Shown: positions 28,217-34,974 of the stretch, piece by piece
How the letters are laid out: each line of letters begins with the position of its first letter
Position numbering within the stretch: the stretch's first letter is position 1
Assembly: GCA_011526275.1 (NCBI GenBank)
Contig: WTJP01000115.1
Coordinates: 1-34,974 of the forward strand
Length of the DNA stretch: 34,974 nt
Direction: 5' to 3'
From: Candidatus Arcticimaribacter sp.
GTDB taxonomy: Bacteria; Bacteroidota; Bacteroidia; Flavobacteriales; Flavobacteriaceae
The notes under the pieces: generated by a model
The model's database searches: none
Seen by the model: the letters and a program-made list of their open reading frames with translations, nothing else
Told to the model about the DNA's origin: nothing
Position numbers and translations under genes: made by a program

Positions 28217-28828
28217 ATGTTTTTAGAAAATACGGTAAATCAAAGTGAACAATTCGGCTGGATCGAGGTCATCTGCGGTTCCATGTTTTCTGGGAAAACC
28301 GAAGAGTTAATTCGCCGCCTAAAACGCGCCCAAATCGCCCAGCAAAAGGTGGAGATATTTAAACCGGCCATCGACACCCGTTATGATGAAGAGTTGGTTA
28401 CTTCGCACGATCAAAATCAAATTCGCTCTACCCCAGTGCCAGCCGCAGCGAACATTCCGCTTTTGGTGAACGACTGTGATGTGGTGGGTATAGACGAAGC
28501 CCAATTTTTCGATCACGAAATTGTGCAGGTGTGCAATGACCTCGCCAATCAAGGCATTCGTGTTATTGTCGCCGGACTCGACATGGACTTTAAAGGCAAC
28601 CCTTTTGGCCCAATGCCGAATTTGATGGCAACAGCAGAGTATGTAACCAAAGTCCACGCCGTGTGTACCCGCACGGGAAACTTAGCACAATACAGCTTTA
28701 GAACCGCAGCCGAAGATGACTTGGTAATGCTTGGGGAAAAAGAAGCCTATGAACCTTTGAGTCGAGCGGCATTTTTTAAGGAAAAACAAAAAGCGGAAAA
28801 AAAGAAGGCGCAAAAAAAGGACAAGTGA
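28217..28828 (+). CDS. tdk: Thymidine kinase
   Basis: [31 protein letters not shown]; ATG 28217 preferred over TTG 28160. Confidence 0.96.
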   Translation: MFLENTVNQSEQFGWIEVICGSMFSGKTEELIRRLKRAQIAQQKVEIFKPAIDTRYDEELVTSHDQNQIRSTPVPAAANIPLLVNDCDVVGIDEAQFFDHEIVQVCNDLANQGIRVIVAGLDMDFKGNPFGPMPNLMATAEYVTKVHAVCTRTGNLAQYSFRTAAEDDLVMLGEKEAYEPLSRAAFFKEKQKAEKKKAQKKDK

Positions 28829-29913
28829 CCCAACTAACCATCGATTTAAACGCCCTTGCGCACAATTACCAACAGTTGCGTAAGCTTTTGCCCCAACACA
28901 CGAAAATGATTGGGGTGGTTAAAGCCAATGCCTATGGTTTTGGCGCAATAGAAATCGCAAAACAATTGGTGGCATTGGGTTGTGAGTATCTTGCAGTAGC
29001 CTATGCACAGGAGGGAATAGCACTGCGCAAGGCTGGAATTGAAGCGCCCATTATGGTGTTTTACCCCTTGCGTGAGAATACCGACCGCTTAGTACAATAC
29101 CGCCTCGAACCTGCTTTGTATTCAACAGCCTTTATCACGGCATTTAAAACAACGGTTGAAGCCCATGGTTTAAAGGACTATCCTGTTCACTTAAAATGCA
29201 ATACGGGACTCAACCGCATTGGTTTGTCGGGAAATGAAGTGAATGACTTCTTGGATCAACTGCCCCAACTTCCCTTCCAACTCTGCAGTGTGTATTCCCA
29301 TTTAGCTGCCTCGGAAAATGAACAGCCTTGTGCATTTACCTCAGCACAAATCGACCGATTCAAGGAGCTTCAGTCCAATATTAAATCAAAGGTTGAAGCA
29401 ACACCATTTTTTCATCTTCTCAACAGTTCAGGTTGTTTCAATTATCCCGAAGCTCATTTTGATGCTGTTCGAACGGGGATTGCCCTCTATGGCTTTGCCA
29501 ATCGCAACGACTGGGATCAAACCTTAAAACCCATCGCCTCTTTATCGACTTCCATCGTGCAAATTCACACGATAAAGAAAGGGGAAAGTGTGGGCTATAA
29601 CCAAGGATGGATTGCTCCAAAAGACAGTCGAATTGCTGTTTTACCTTTGGGACACGCCGATGGGATTCAAAGGGCTTTGGGTCACGAAAAAGGTGGAGTC
29701 TGGATTCGCAACCAATGGGCACCCATTATCGGGAATGTATGTATGGATCTTTTTATGGTGGACATCAGCGAAGTTAATTGCTCCATCGGTGATCGCGCAG
29801 TACTCTTTGACCAAACGCACCCTGCCAATGTCCTTGCTGAAAAAGCAGGAACCATTTCCTATGAATTATTCACTGGATTAGGACAACGTATTGAGCGTAA
29901 ATACATCTATTAA
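28825..29913 (+). CDS. alr: Alanine racemase
   Basis: VVKANAYG (PLP Lys), [34 protein letters not shown]; GTGA overlap with tdk. Confidence 0.93.
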   Translation: MTQLTIDLNALAHNYQQLRKLLPQHTKMIGVVKANAYGFGAIEIAKQLVALGCEYLAVAYAQEGIALRKAGIEAPIMVFYPLRENTDRLVQYRLEPALYSTAFITAFKTTVEAHGLKDYPVHLKCNTGLNRIGLSGNEVNDFLDQLPQLPFQLCSVYSHLAASENEQPCAFTSAQIDRFKELQSNIKSKVEATPFFHLLNSSGCFNYPEAHFDAVRTGIALYGFANRNDWDQTLKPIASLSTSIVQIHTIKKGESVGYNQGWIAPKDSRIAVLPLGHADGIQRALGHEKGGVWIRNQWAPIIGNVCMDLFMVDISEVNCSIGDRAVLFDQTHPANVLAEKAGTISYELFTGLGQRIERKYIY

Positions 29914-29962
29914 GTGTTATTTGTAACATTTTGTTGCATTTATGGTTTTTTCTTCTGCTAGG

Positions 29963-29993
29963 TTGCTGTACGTCGGGATTATACCTACTTTTG
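29963..29993 (+). promoter_or_regulatory. Full Bacteroidota promoter for asd (TTG-N20-TACTTTTG)
   Basis: TTG at 29963-29965 and TACTTTTG at 29986-29993, 17 nt before the ATG. Confidence 0.7.
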
Positions 29994-30010
29994 CCAAAAA
30001 TTAATTCAAT

Positions 30011-31006
30011 ATGAAAGTTGCCGTTGTTGGAGCTACCGGAATGGTAGGAAATGTAATGCTCAAAGTTCTCGCAGAACGAAATTTCCCCGTTACCGAACTA
30101 ATTCCCGTCGCATCAGAGCGATCGGTAGGGAAAAAAATCAGTTATCAAGGAAAAGAATTTACCGTTGTAGGGTTAAGTACAGCCGTTGAAATGCAGCCCG
30201 ATGTGGCGTTATTTTCTGCAGGGGGAGCTACTTCTTTGGAGTGGGCACCAAAATTTGCTGCAGCAGGAACAACGGTAATCGACAACTCTTCGGCTTGGCG
30301 CATGGACCCCGATAAAAAATTAATCGTTCCAGAAATCAATGCGCACTTACTTACGGCTGAAGATAAAATTATCGCCAACCCTAACTGTTCTACCATTCAA
30401 ATGCTGGTAGCATTAGCTCCTTTACACAGTGAATACGGTATTGATCGTTTGGTGATTTCGACCTACCAGTCCATTACCGGAACAGGGGTTGCCGCAGTGC
30501 AACAATTGGAGAACGAATATGAAAATAAACAGGGAGAAATGGCTTACCCTTATCCTATTCACCGCAATGCCTTGCCCCACTGTGATGTTTTTCAAGACAA
30601 CGGCTACACCAAAGAGGAAATGAAATTGGTGAAGGAGACACAAAAAATATTGGGTGACGATCAAATTCGCGTTACGGCCACTGCCATTCGCATTCCAGTA
30701 GTGGGTGGACATAGTGAATCGGTTAATGTTGAGCTTAAATCGGCTTCCTCTGTCGCCGATATTCGTCAGTTATTACACAACAGTGCAGGGGTCGTCGTTC
30801 AAGACAATCCGGAGACAAACACCTACCCCATGCCGATCTACGCTGAAGGAAAAGACGATGTGTTTGTAGGACGTATTCGTCAGGACTTCTCTCAAGAAAA
30901 CGCCTTTAACCTCTGGATTGTTTCAGACAATTTAAGAAAAGGAGCGGCAACCAATACCATTCAAATTGCAGAGTACCTGCTTGAAAACGACTTGATCGGG
31001 AACTAA
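30011..31006 (+). CDS. asd: Aspartate-semialdehyde dehydrogenase
   Basis: VVGATGMVG, IDNSSAWR, IANPNCST, GHSE, DNLRKGAA.N. Confidence 0.98.
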   Translation: MKVAVVGATGMVGNVMLKVLAERNFPVTELIPVASERSVGKKISYQGKEFTVVGLSTAVEMQPDVALFSAGGATSLEWAPKFAAAGTTVIDNSSAWRMDPDKKLIVPEINAHLLTAEDKIIANPNCSTIQMLVALAPLHSEYGIDRLVISTYQSITGTGVAAVQQLENEYENKQGEMAYPYPIHRNALPHCDVFQDNGYTKEEMKLVKETQKILGDDQIRVTATAIRIPVVGGHSESVNVELKSASSVADIRQLLHNSAGVVVQDNPETNTYPMPIYAEGKDDVFVGRIRQDFSQENAFNLWIVSDNLRKGAATNTIQIAEYLLENDLIGN

Positions 31007-31028
31007 AAAATTCCCGTTCGCTTAAAAT

Positions 31029-31058
31029 AAAAAAGACCGCTGATCGCGGTCTTTTTTT
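31029..31058. terminator. Bidirectional intrinsic terminator between asd and accC
   Basis: AAAAAAGACCGC-tgatc-GCGGTCTTTTTTT perfect stem with A and T tracts, between convergent genes. Confidence 0.9.
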
Positions 31059-31063
31059 GTGGT

Positions 31064-32401
31064 TTATTTCATTTCAAAATCCTCCATGAACTTGGTGGTA
31101 TAGTTCCCTTCGACATAGTCGGGTTCTTCCATCAGTTGACGGTGGAAAGGAATGGTGGTTTTAATCCCCTCAATGATAAATTCATCTAACGCTCGCTTCA
31201 TTTTATTGATTGCTTCTTCACGGGTTTGCGCCGTGGTAATCAATTTAGCGATCATGGAATCGTAATAAGGAGGGATAATATAACCAGAATAAACATGCGT
31301 GTCTAAACGAACACCATGTCCACCTGGGATATGTAAATTGGTGATTTTCCCGGGGGAAGGACGGAAATCGTTGTAAGGATCTTCCGCATTGATTCTACAT
31401 TCAATGGAGTGCAATTTTGGAAGGTAGTGTTTCCCCGAAATTGGAATCCCTGCAGCGACTGAAATCTGCTCACGGATTAAGTCAAAATCGATGACTTGTT
31501 CTGTAATGGGATGTTCAACTTGAATACGCGTATTCATTTCCATAAAGTAGAAGTTGCGGTGTTTATCCACTAGAAATTCTACTGTTCCTGCTCCTTCATA
31601 TTGAATGAATTCAGCTGCCTTAACAGCCGCTTCTCCCATGCGATCGCGCAAGTCGTCGGTCATAAAAGGAGAAGGGGTTTCCTCGGTCAACTTTTGGTGA
31701 CGTCGTTGCACAGAACAATCGCGTTCAGACAAATGACAGGCTTTCCCAAAACTATCGCCTACGACTTGGATTTCGATATGACGTGGCTCCTCAATGAGTT
31801 TCTCCATGTACATGCCGTCGTTTCCAAAAGAGGCCGCTGCTTCTTGACGAGCGCTTTCCCAAGCTTTTTCAAGGTCTTCTTCTTGCCAAACGGCACGCAT
31901 CCCTTTTCCTCCTCCTCCGGCTGTTGCTTTCAACATAACGGGATAACCCACTTCTTTGGCCAAGGCGAGGGTTTCTTCAAAGCTTTCCAACAAACCTTCT
32001 GAACCTGGAATGGTGGGAACTCCTGCAGCCTTCATGGTCGCTTTGGCTGAGGCCTTGTCTCCCATTTTATTAATCATTTCACTGGAAGCACCAATGAATT
32101 TGATGTCGTGTTCGGCACACATTTTAGAAAACTTAGCGTTCTCAGAAAGGAAACCGTATCCGGGGTGAATGGCATCGGCATTGGTGATTTCTGCTGCTGC
32201 GATAATGTTTGCCATCTTCAAGTAAGACTCACTACTCGATGGAGGTCCAATACACACAGCTTCATCGGCAAATTTAACGTGCAGGCTTTCTGCATCGGCT
32301 GTGGAATAAACCGCTACCGATTTGATGCCCATTTCTTTACAAGTGCGAATAACCCGCATGGCAATCTCACCGCGATTGGCAATCAATATTTTTTTAAACA
32401 T
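31064..32401 (-). CDS. accC: Acetyl-CoA carboxylase biotin carboxylase subunit
   Basis: [47 protein letters not shown]. Confidence 0.98.
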   Translation of the reverse strand: MFKKILIANRGEIAMRVIRTCKEMGIKSVAVYSTADAESLHVKFADEAVCIGPPSSSESYLKMANIIAAAEITNADAIHPGYGFLSENAKFSKMCAEHDIKFIGASSEMINKMGDKASAKATMKAAGVPTIPGSEGLLESFEETLALAKEVGYPVMLKATAGGGGKGMRAVWQEEDLEKAWESARQEAAASFGNDGMYMEKLIEEPRHIEIQVVGDSFGKACHLSERDCSVQRRHQKLTEETPSPFMTDDLRDRMGEAAVKAAEFIQYEGAGTVEFLVDKHRNFYFMEMNTRIQVEHPITEQVIDFDLIREQISVAAGIPISGKHYLPKLHSIECRINAEDPYNDFRPSPGKITNLHIPGGHGVRLDTHVYSGYIIPPYYDSMIAKLITTAQTREEAINKMKRALDEFIIEGIKTTIPFHRQLMEEPDYVEGNYTTKFMEDFEMK

Positions 32402-32423
32402 AAACGATTGTTTAGTGGCTAAT

Positions 32424-32924
32424 TTATGACGGGTCGATTAAGAACAAAGGCTGCTCAAATTCTACTGGTGACGAGTCGTCTACCAAAACTTTGACAATCT
32501 TTCCGCTTACTTCCGATTCAATCTCATTGAATAGCTTCATCGCCTCAATCACACAAAGAACATCTCCCTCGTTGATTTGTTGTCCAACTTCAGCAAAAAC
32601 GGGTTTGTCGGGAGAAGGTTTGCGGTAGAACGTCCCAATAATGGGTGATTTTACGGTAATGAAGTTGTCGGCCTCTTCAACTTTTGGTGCTTCGGCAGCA
32701 GGCGCTTCAGCAACCGGTGCAGCTGGTGCAGCAGCAACAGGGGCGGCAGCCATGGGCTGAGCCACTACTGGAGGCATTTGCTGTACAATGGTCGTGGTTT
32801 CTCCTGCTACTTTCCCGTCGCCTGTTTTGATGGTGATTTTTACATCGTCCATTTCCAGGTTCACTTCAGAAGCTCCTGATTTTGCGACAAATTTGATTAG
32901 GTTTTGAATTTCCTTAAGATCCAT
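32424..32924 (-). CDS. accB: Acetyl-CoA carboxylase biotin carboxyl carrier protein
   Basis: EAMKL biotinylation motif, SPIIGTFY, Ala/Pro-rich linker. Confidence 0.98.
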   Translation of the reverse strand: MDLKEIQNLIKFVAKSGASEVNLEMDDVKITIKTGDGKVAGETTTIVQQMPPVVAQPMAAAPVAAAPAAPVAEAPAAEAPKVEEADNFITVKSPIIGTFYRKPSPDKPVFAEVGQQINEGDVLCVIEAMKLFNEIESEVSGKIVKVLVDDSSPVEFEQPLFLIDPS

Positions 32925-32937
32925 AAATACTATGATT

Positions 32938-33954
32938 TTATTTTTTGTAGTCGTAATTCCAAGTTAAATAGGCAGCGCCCCAAGTAAAGCCTCCGCCAAA
33001 TGCGGTGAACAAGAGTTTATCGCCTGTTTTGAATTTCTTCTCAAAGTCAGACAATACAAGGGGTAGCGTCGCTGCTGTGGTGTTTCCATAATGTTCGATA
33101 TTGGTCAACACCTTTTCTTTTGCTATTCCTAGCTGATGCGCCGTGGCATCTAATATACGTTTATTGGCTTGGTGAGCAATAACATAATTGATGTCTTCAT
33201 GGCTTAATGCGTGTTTGGTCAACACTTTTTGACTTGCTTCGCTCATGTGCTTCACGGCATATTTAAAGACCGTGCGGCCCTCTTGCTGCACCAAATGCCT
33301 TTTTTCAGCAAAGGTCGTGTCGTTGATGGGATGCAAAGAGCCTCCATCGTGTATGTTTAAATAATCTCGCCCAATACCATTGCTACCGTGCTGAGCGCTT
33401 TCAAAACCAAACGTATTGATGGATGGTTCAAACAATACGGCTCCTGCCCCATCACCAAAGATGATGCAGGTCGCTCGATCGGTATAATCTACGATAGAAG
33501 ACATTTTATCAGCGCCAATCAAAAGCACACGCTGGTATTGCCCTGAGGTAATGTAGGCTGCTGCCGCTGTCATCCCGTATAAAAACCCTGAACAAGCTGC
33601 CGATATATCGTAGCCAAACGCATTGGTAGCACCAATTTGTGAAGCGACATAAGGAGCCGTGGAGGATACTTGATAGTCGGGGGTAATAGTAGCGACAAGA
33701 ACCAGGTCGATGGTCTTAGGATCGATGTTGTTTTTGGCGCAAAGATTCTCTGCTGCTTTAATGGCCATGTAGCCCGTGGAATGGGAAGGAGATTTGGCGA
33801 TTCTACGTTCGCGTATTCCCGTTCTCGATTGAATCCATTCATCGTTGGTTTCAACCATCTGCTCAAGATCTTGATTGGTCAGTACTTCGTCGGGTACATA
33901 ACTTCCAATCGCTGTAATAGCTGCTTTGTTAGGAGCTAGGTTTGTCCGTGTCAT
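32938..33954 (-). CDS. fabH: 3-oxoacyl-ACP synthase III
   Basis: RTGIRERR, AACSGF, FGDGAGA, HQAN, GNT, FGGGFTWG. Confidence 0.96.
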   Translation of the reverse strand: MTRTNLAPNKAAITAIGSYVPDEVLTNQDLEQMVETNDEWIQSRTGIRERRIAKSPSHSTGYMAIKAAENLCAKNNIDPKTIDLVLVATITPDYQVSSTAPYVASQIGATNAFGYDISAACSGFLYGMTAAAAYITSGQYQRVLLIGADKMSSIVDYTDRATCIIFGDGAGAVLFEPSINTFGFESAQHGSNGIGRDYLNIHDGGSLHPINDTTFAEKRHLVQQEGRTVFKYAVKHMSEASQKVLTKHALSHEDINYVIAHQANKRILDATAHQLGIAKEKVLTNIEHYGNTTAATLPLVLSDFEKKFKTGDKLLFTAFGGGFTWGAAYLTWNYDYKK

Positions 33955-34030
33955 TGGTTTCTTCTTTTCTCCGGAACGATTTGCTTAGTGAAGATAGTCG
34001 TTTTTTAAACGAAACAAAATCTTTTATAAG

Positions 34031-34057
34031 AAAAATGCTCTCGTTTTAGGAGAGCAT
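34031..34057 (-). terminator. Intrinsic terminator after rpmF
   Basis: Minus strand reads ATGCTCTC-ctaaaac-GAGAGCAT followed by a T run, 22 nt after the rpmF stop. Confidence 0.75.
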
Positions 34058-34079
34058 CAAAAAAGTAATGTTTTGAAAA

Positions 34080-34277
34080 TTAGGCAGTTGCCTCTTCAGT
34101 GCTGTCGATTAAGACTTTCCCTTTGTAGTACAACTTCCCTTCATGCCAGTGCGCACGGTGGTACAAGTGGGCTTCCCCAGTTGTGCTATCGGTTGCAATT
34201 TGTGAAGGAGCCGCTTTGTAATGGGTTCTTCTTTTGTCTCTTCTCGTTTTCGATATTTTTCTTTTAGGATGTGCCAT
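34080..34277 (-). CDS. rpmF: 50S ribosomal protein bL32
   Basis: [24 protein letters not shown]; lies between yceD and fabH. Confidence 0.96.
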   Translation of the reverse strand: MAHPKRKISKTRRDKRRTHYKAAPSQIATDSTTGEAHLYHRAHWHEGKLYYKGKVLIDSTEEATA

Positions 34278-34295
34278 TGTCGTCCTGTTTTAGTT

Positions 34296-34814
34296 TTATA
34301 GTAAATCTTTTAATTTATCCCATCGTGGATCGTTGTTTTCCAACTTCTCCTCTTTGGGTTGTAATTCTTCTAATCGTTTTAATAATGCAGAATCTAGTGT
34401 GCCGTCGAGCACGCCGGGATGAACTTTTTTGAGTGGAACCGACAAGGCTATCATTTCATAGATAGGCTGGGCAACATTCACTTGATAACTCCCATGTGGC
34501 AGAATCAAGAATTCATCGTGATCGTCGTCATATTCATCTCCAAACTTGACAATCCAGTCTAATTTGGAATCGAGCTGAAAATCAAATACTTCGTTTGAAA
34601 CGTCGCAGGTCAAACCTACAACTCCTTGGGCAGTAAAGCTCAAGTTCATCAAACTGGGTTTCTTGTCGAAAAGCAATTTGACCTTAACAGCTGCGTGACT
34701 AAAGTCACTAAATTCAAAGGCGTTAAAGAACGTTGTATCAATGTCGAAATCGAAAGTGTGTTGACCGTCTTTAAGTCCGACAAAAGGGAGGATAAATTCG
34801 GTCAAATCTTCCAT
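34296..34814 (-). CDS. YceD/DUF177 family protein
   Basis: PFVGLKDG.H.F, YEMIALSVP.K.VHP, DPRWDKLKDL; directly upstream of rpmF. Confidence 0.9.
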   Translation of the reverse strand: MEDLTEFILPFVGLKDGQHTFDFDIDTTFFNAFEFSDFSHAAVKVKLLFDKKPSLMNLSFTAQGVVGLTCDVSNEVFDFQLDSKLDWIVKFGDEYDDDHDEFLILPHGSYQVNVAQPIYEMIALSVPLKKVHPGVLDGTLDSALLKRLEELQPKEEKLENNDPRWDKLKDLL

Positions 34815-34833
34815 ACGCTTGTCATTGAGGGGG

Positions 34834-34841
34834 CAAATTTA
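34834..34841 (-). promoter_or_regulatory. -7 element (TAAATTTG) for yceD-rpmF
   Basis: Exact TAnnTTTG match on the minus strand, 19 nt upstream of ATG 34814. Confidence 0.65.
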
Positions 34842-34878
34842 CAAAAAAATATATTTTAAGCCCTTTTTAGTCAAAGTT

Positions 34879-34974
34879 TTATTCGGCTTGTTCGCTGTAG
34901 GCAGCATGGCCCGAACGGTTAAAATAAATCTCTCTTGCTTTAAAGAGCGCTTCTTCGAAAGAACGGGTATTTGC
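34879..34974 (-). CDS. pdxA: Partial (3' end) 4-hydroxythreonine-4-phosphate dehydrogenase
   Basis: Manual translation ANTRSFEEALFKAREIYFNRSGHAAYSEQAE*, resembling the PdxA C-terminus; pdxA-yceD-rpmF-fabH order recalled from Flavobacteria. Confidence 0.6.
   Translation of the reverse strand, partial: ANTRSFEEALFKAREIYFNRSGHAAYSEQAE

Noticed and set aside
32686-32760. GCA/GCC-rich repeat-like tract
   Set aside because: Encodes the ordinary Ala/Pro linker of AccB
1-34974. CRISPR array, tRNA/rRNA, IS element, prophage or defence system
   Set aside because: No spaced direct repeats, RNA-gene signatures, transposase, integrase or nuclease-effector ORFs seen; intergenic gaps are too short for arrays or elements (manual inspection only)

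Overview
Gene-dense core-genome segment of a Bacteroidota bacterium, most likely Flavobacteriaceae. The assignment rests on protein families, gene order and repeated TAnnTTTG -7 promoter elements. The window holds 32 complete CDS plus the 3' end of pdxA: glmS-DUF4270-GT5-like / panC-panD-flippase-like-radA-gdhA-recO-TonB receptor / GNAT / ileS-dksA-hypothetical-lspA / 5-FTHF cyclo-ligase / uvrC-DUF3108-M23-pgi / recJ-rsmI-DoxX-hypothetical / tdk-alr-asd / accC-accB-fabH-rpmF-yceD-pdxA. I saw no rRNA, tRNA, CRISPR array, transposase, integrase, phage gene or defence system, and intergenic gaps are all short (about 125 bp or less). The best candidate for an unexplained system is the operon joining a truncated, motif-less glycogen-synthase-like protein, a DUF4270 lipoprotein with an inserted Ca-binding repeat, and glmS. 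Also notable are the loss of Zn-binding cysteines across several unrelated proteins (DksA, Tdk, bL32, YceD, IleRS) and an IleRS2 with a non-canonical GIHH signature. Family calls come from motif recognition and recall, not from database searches.
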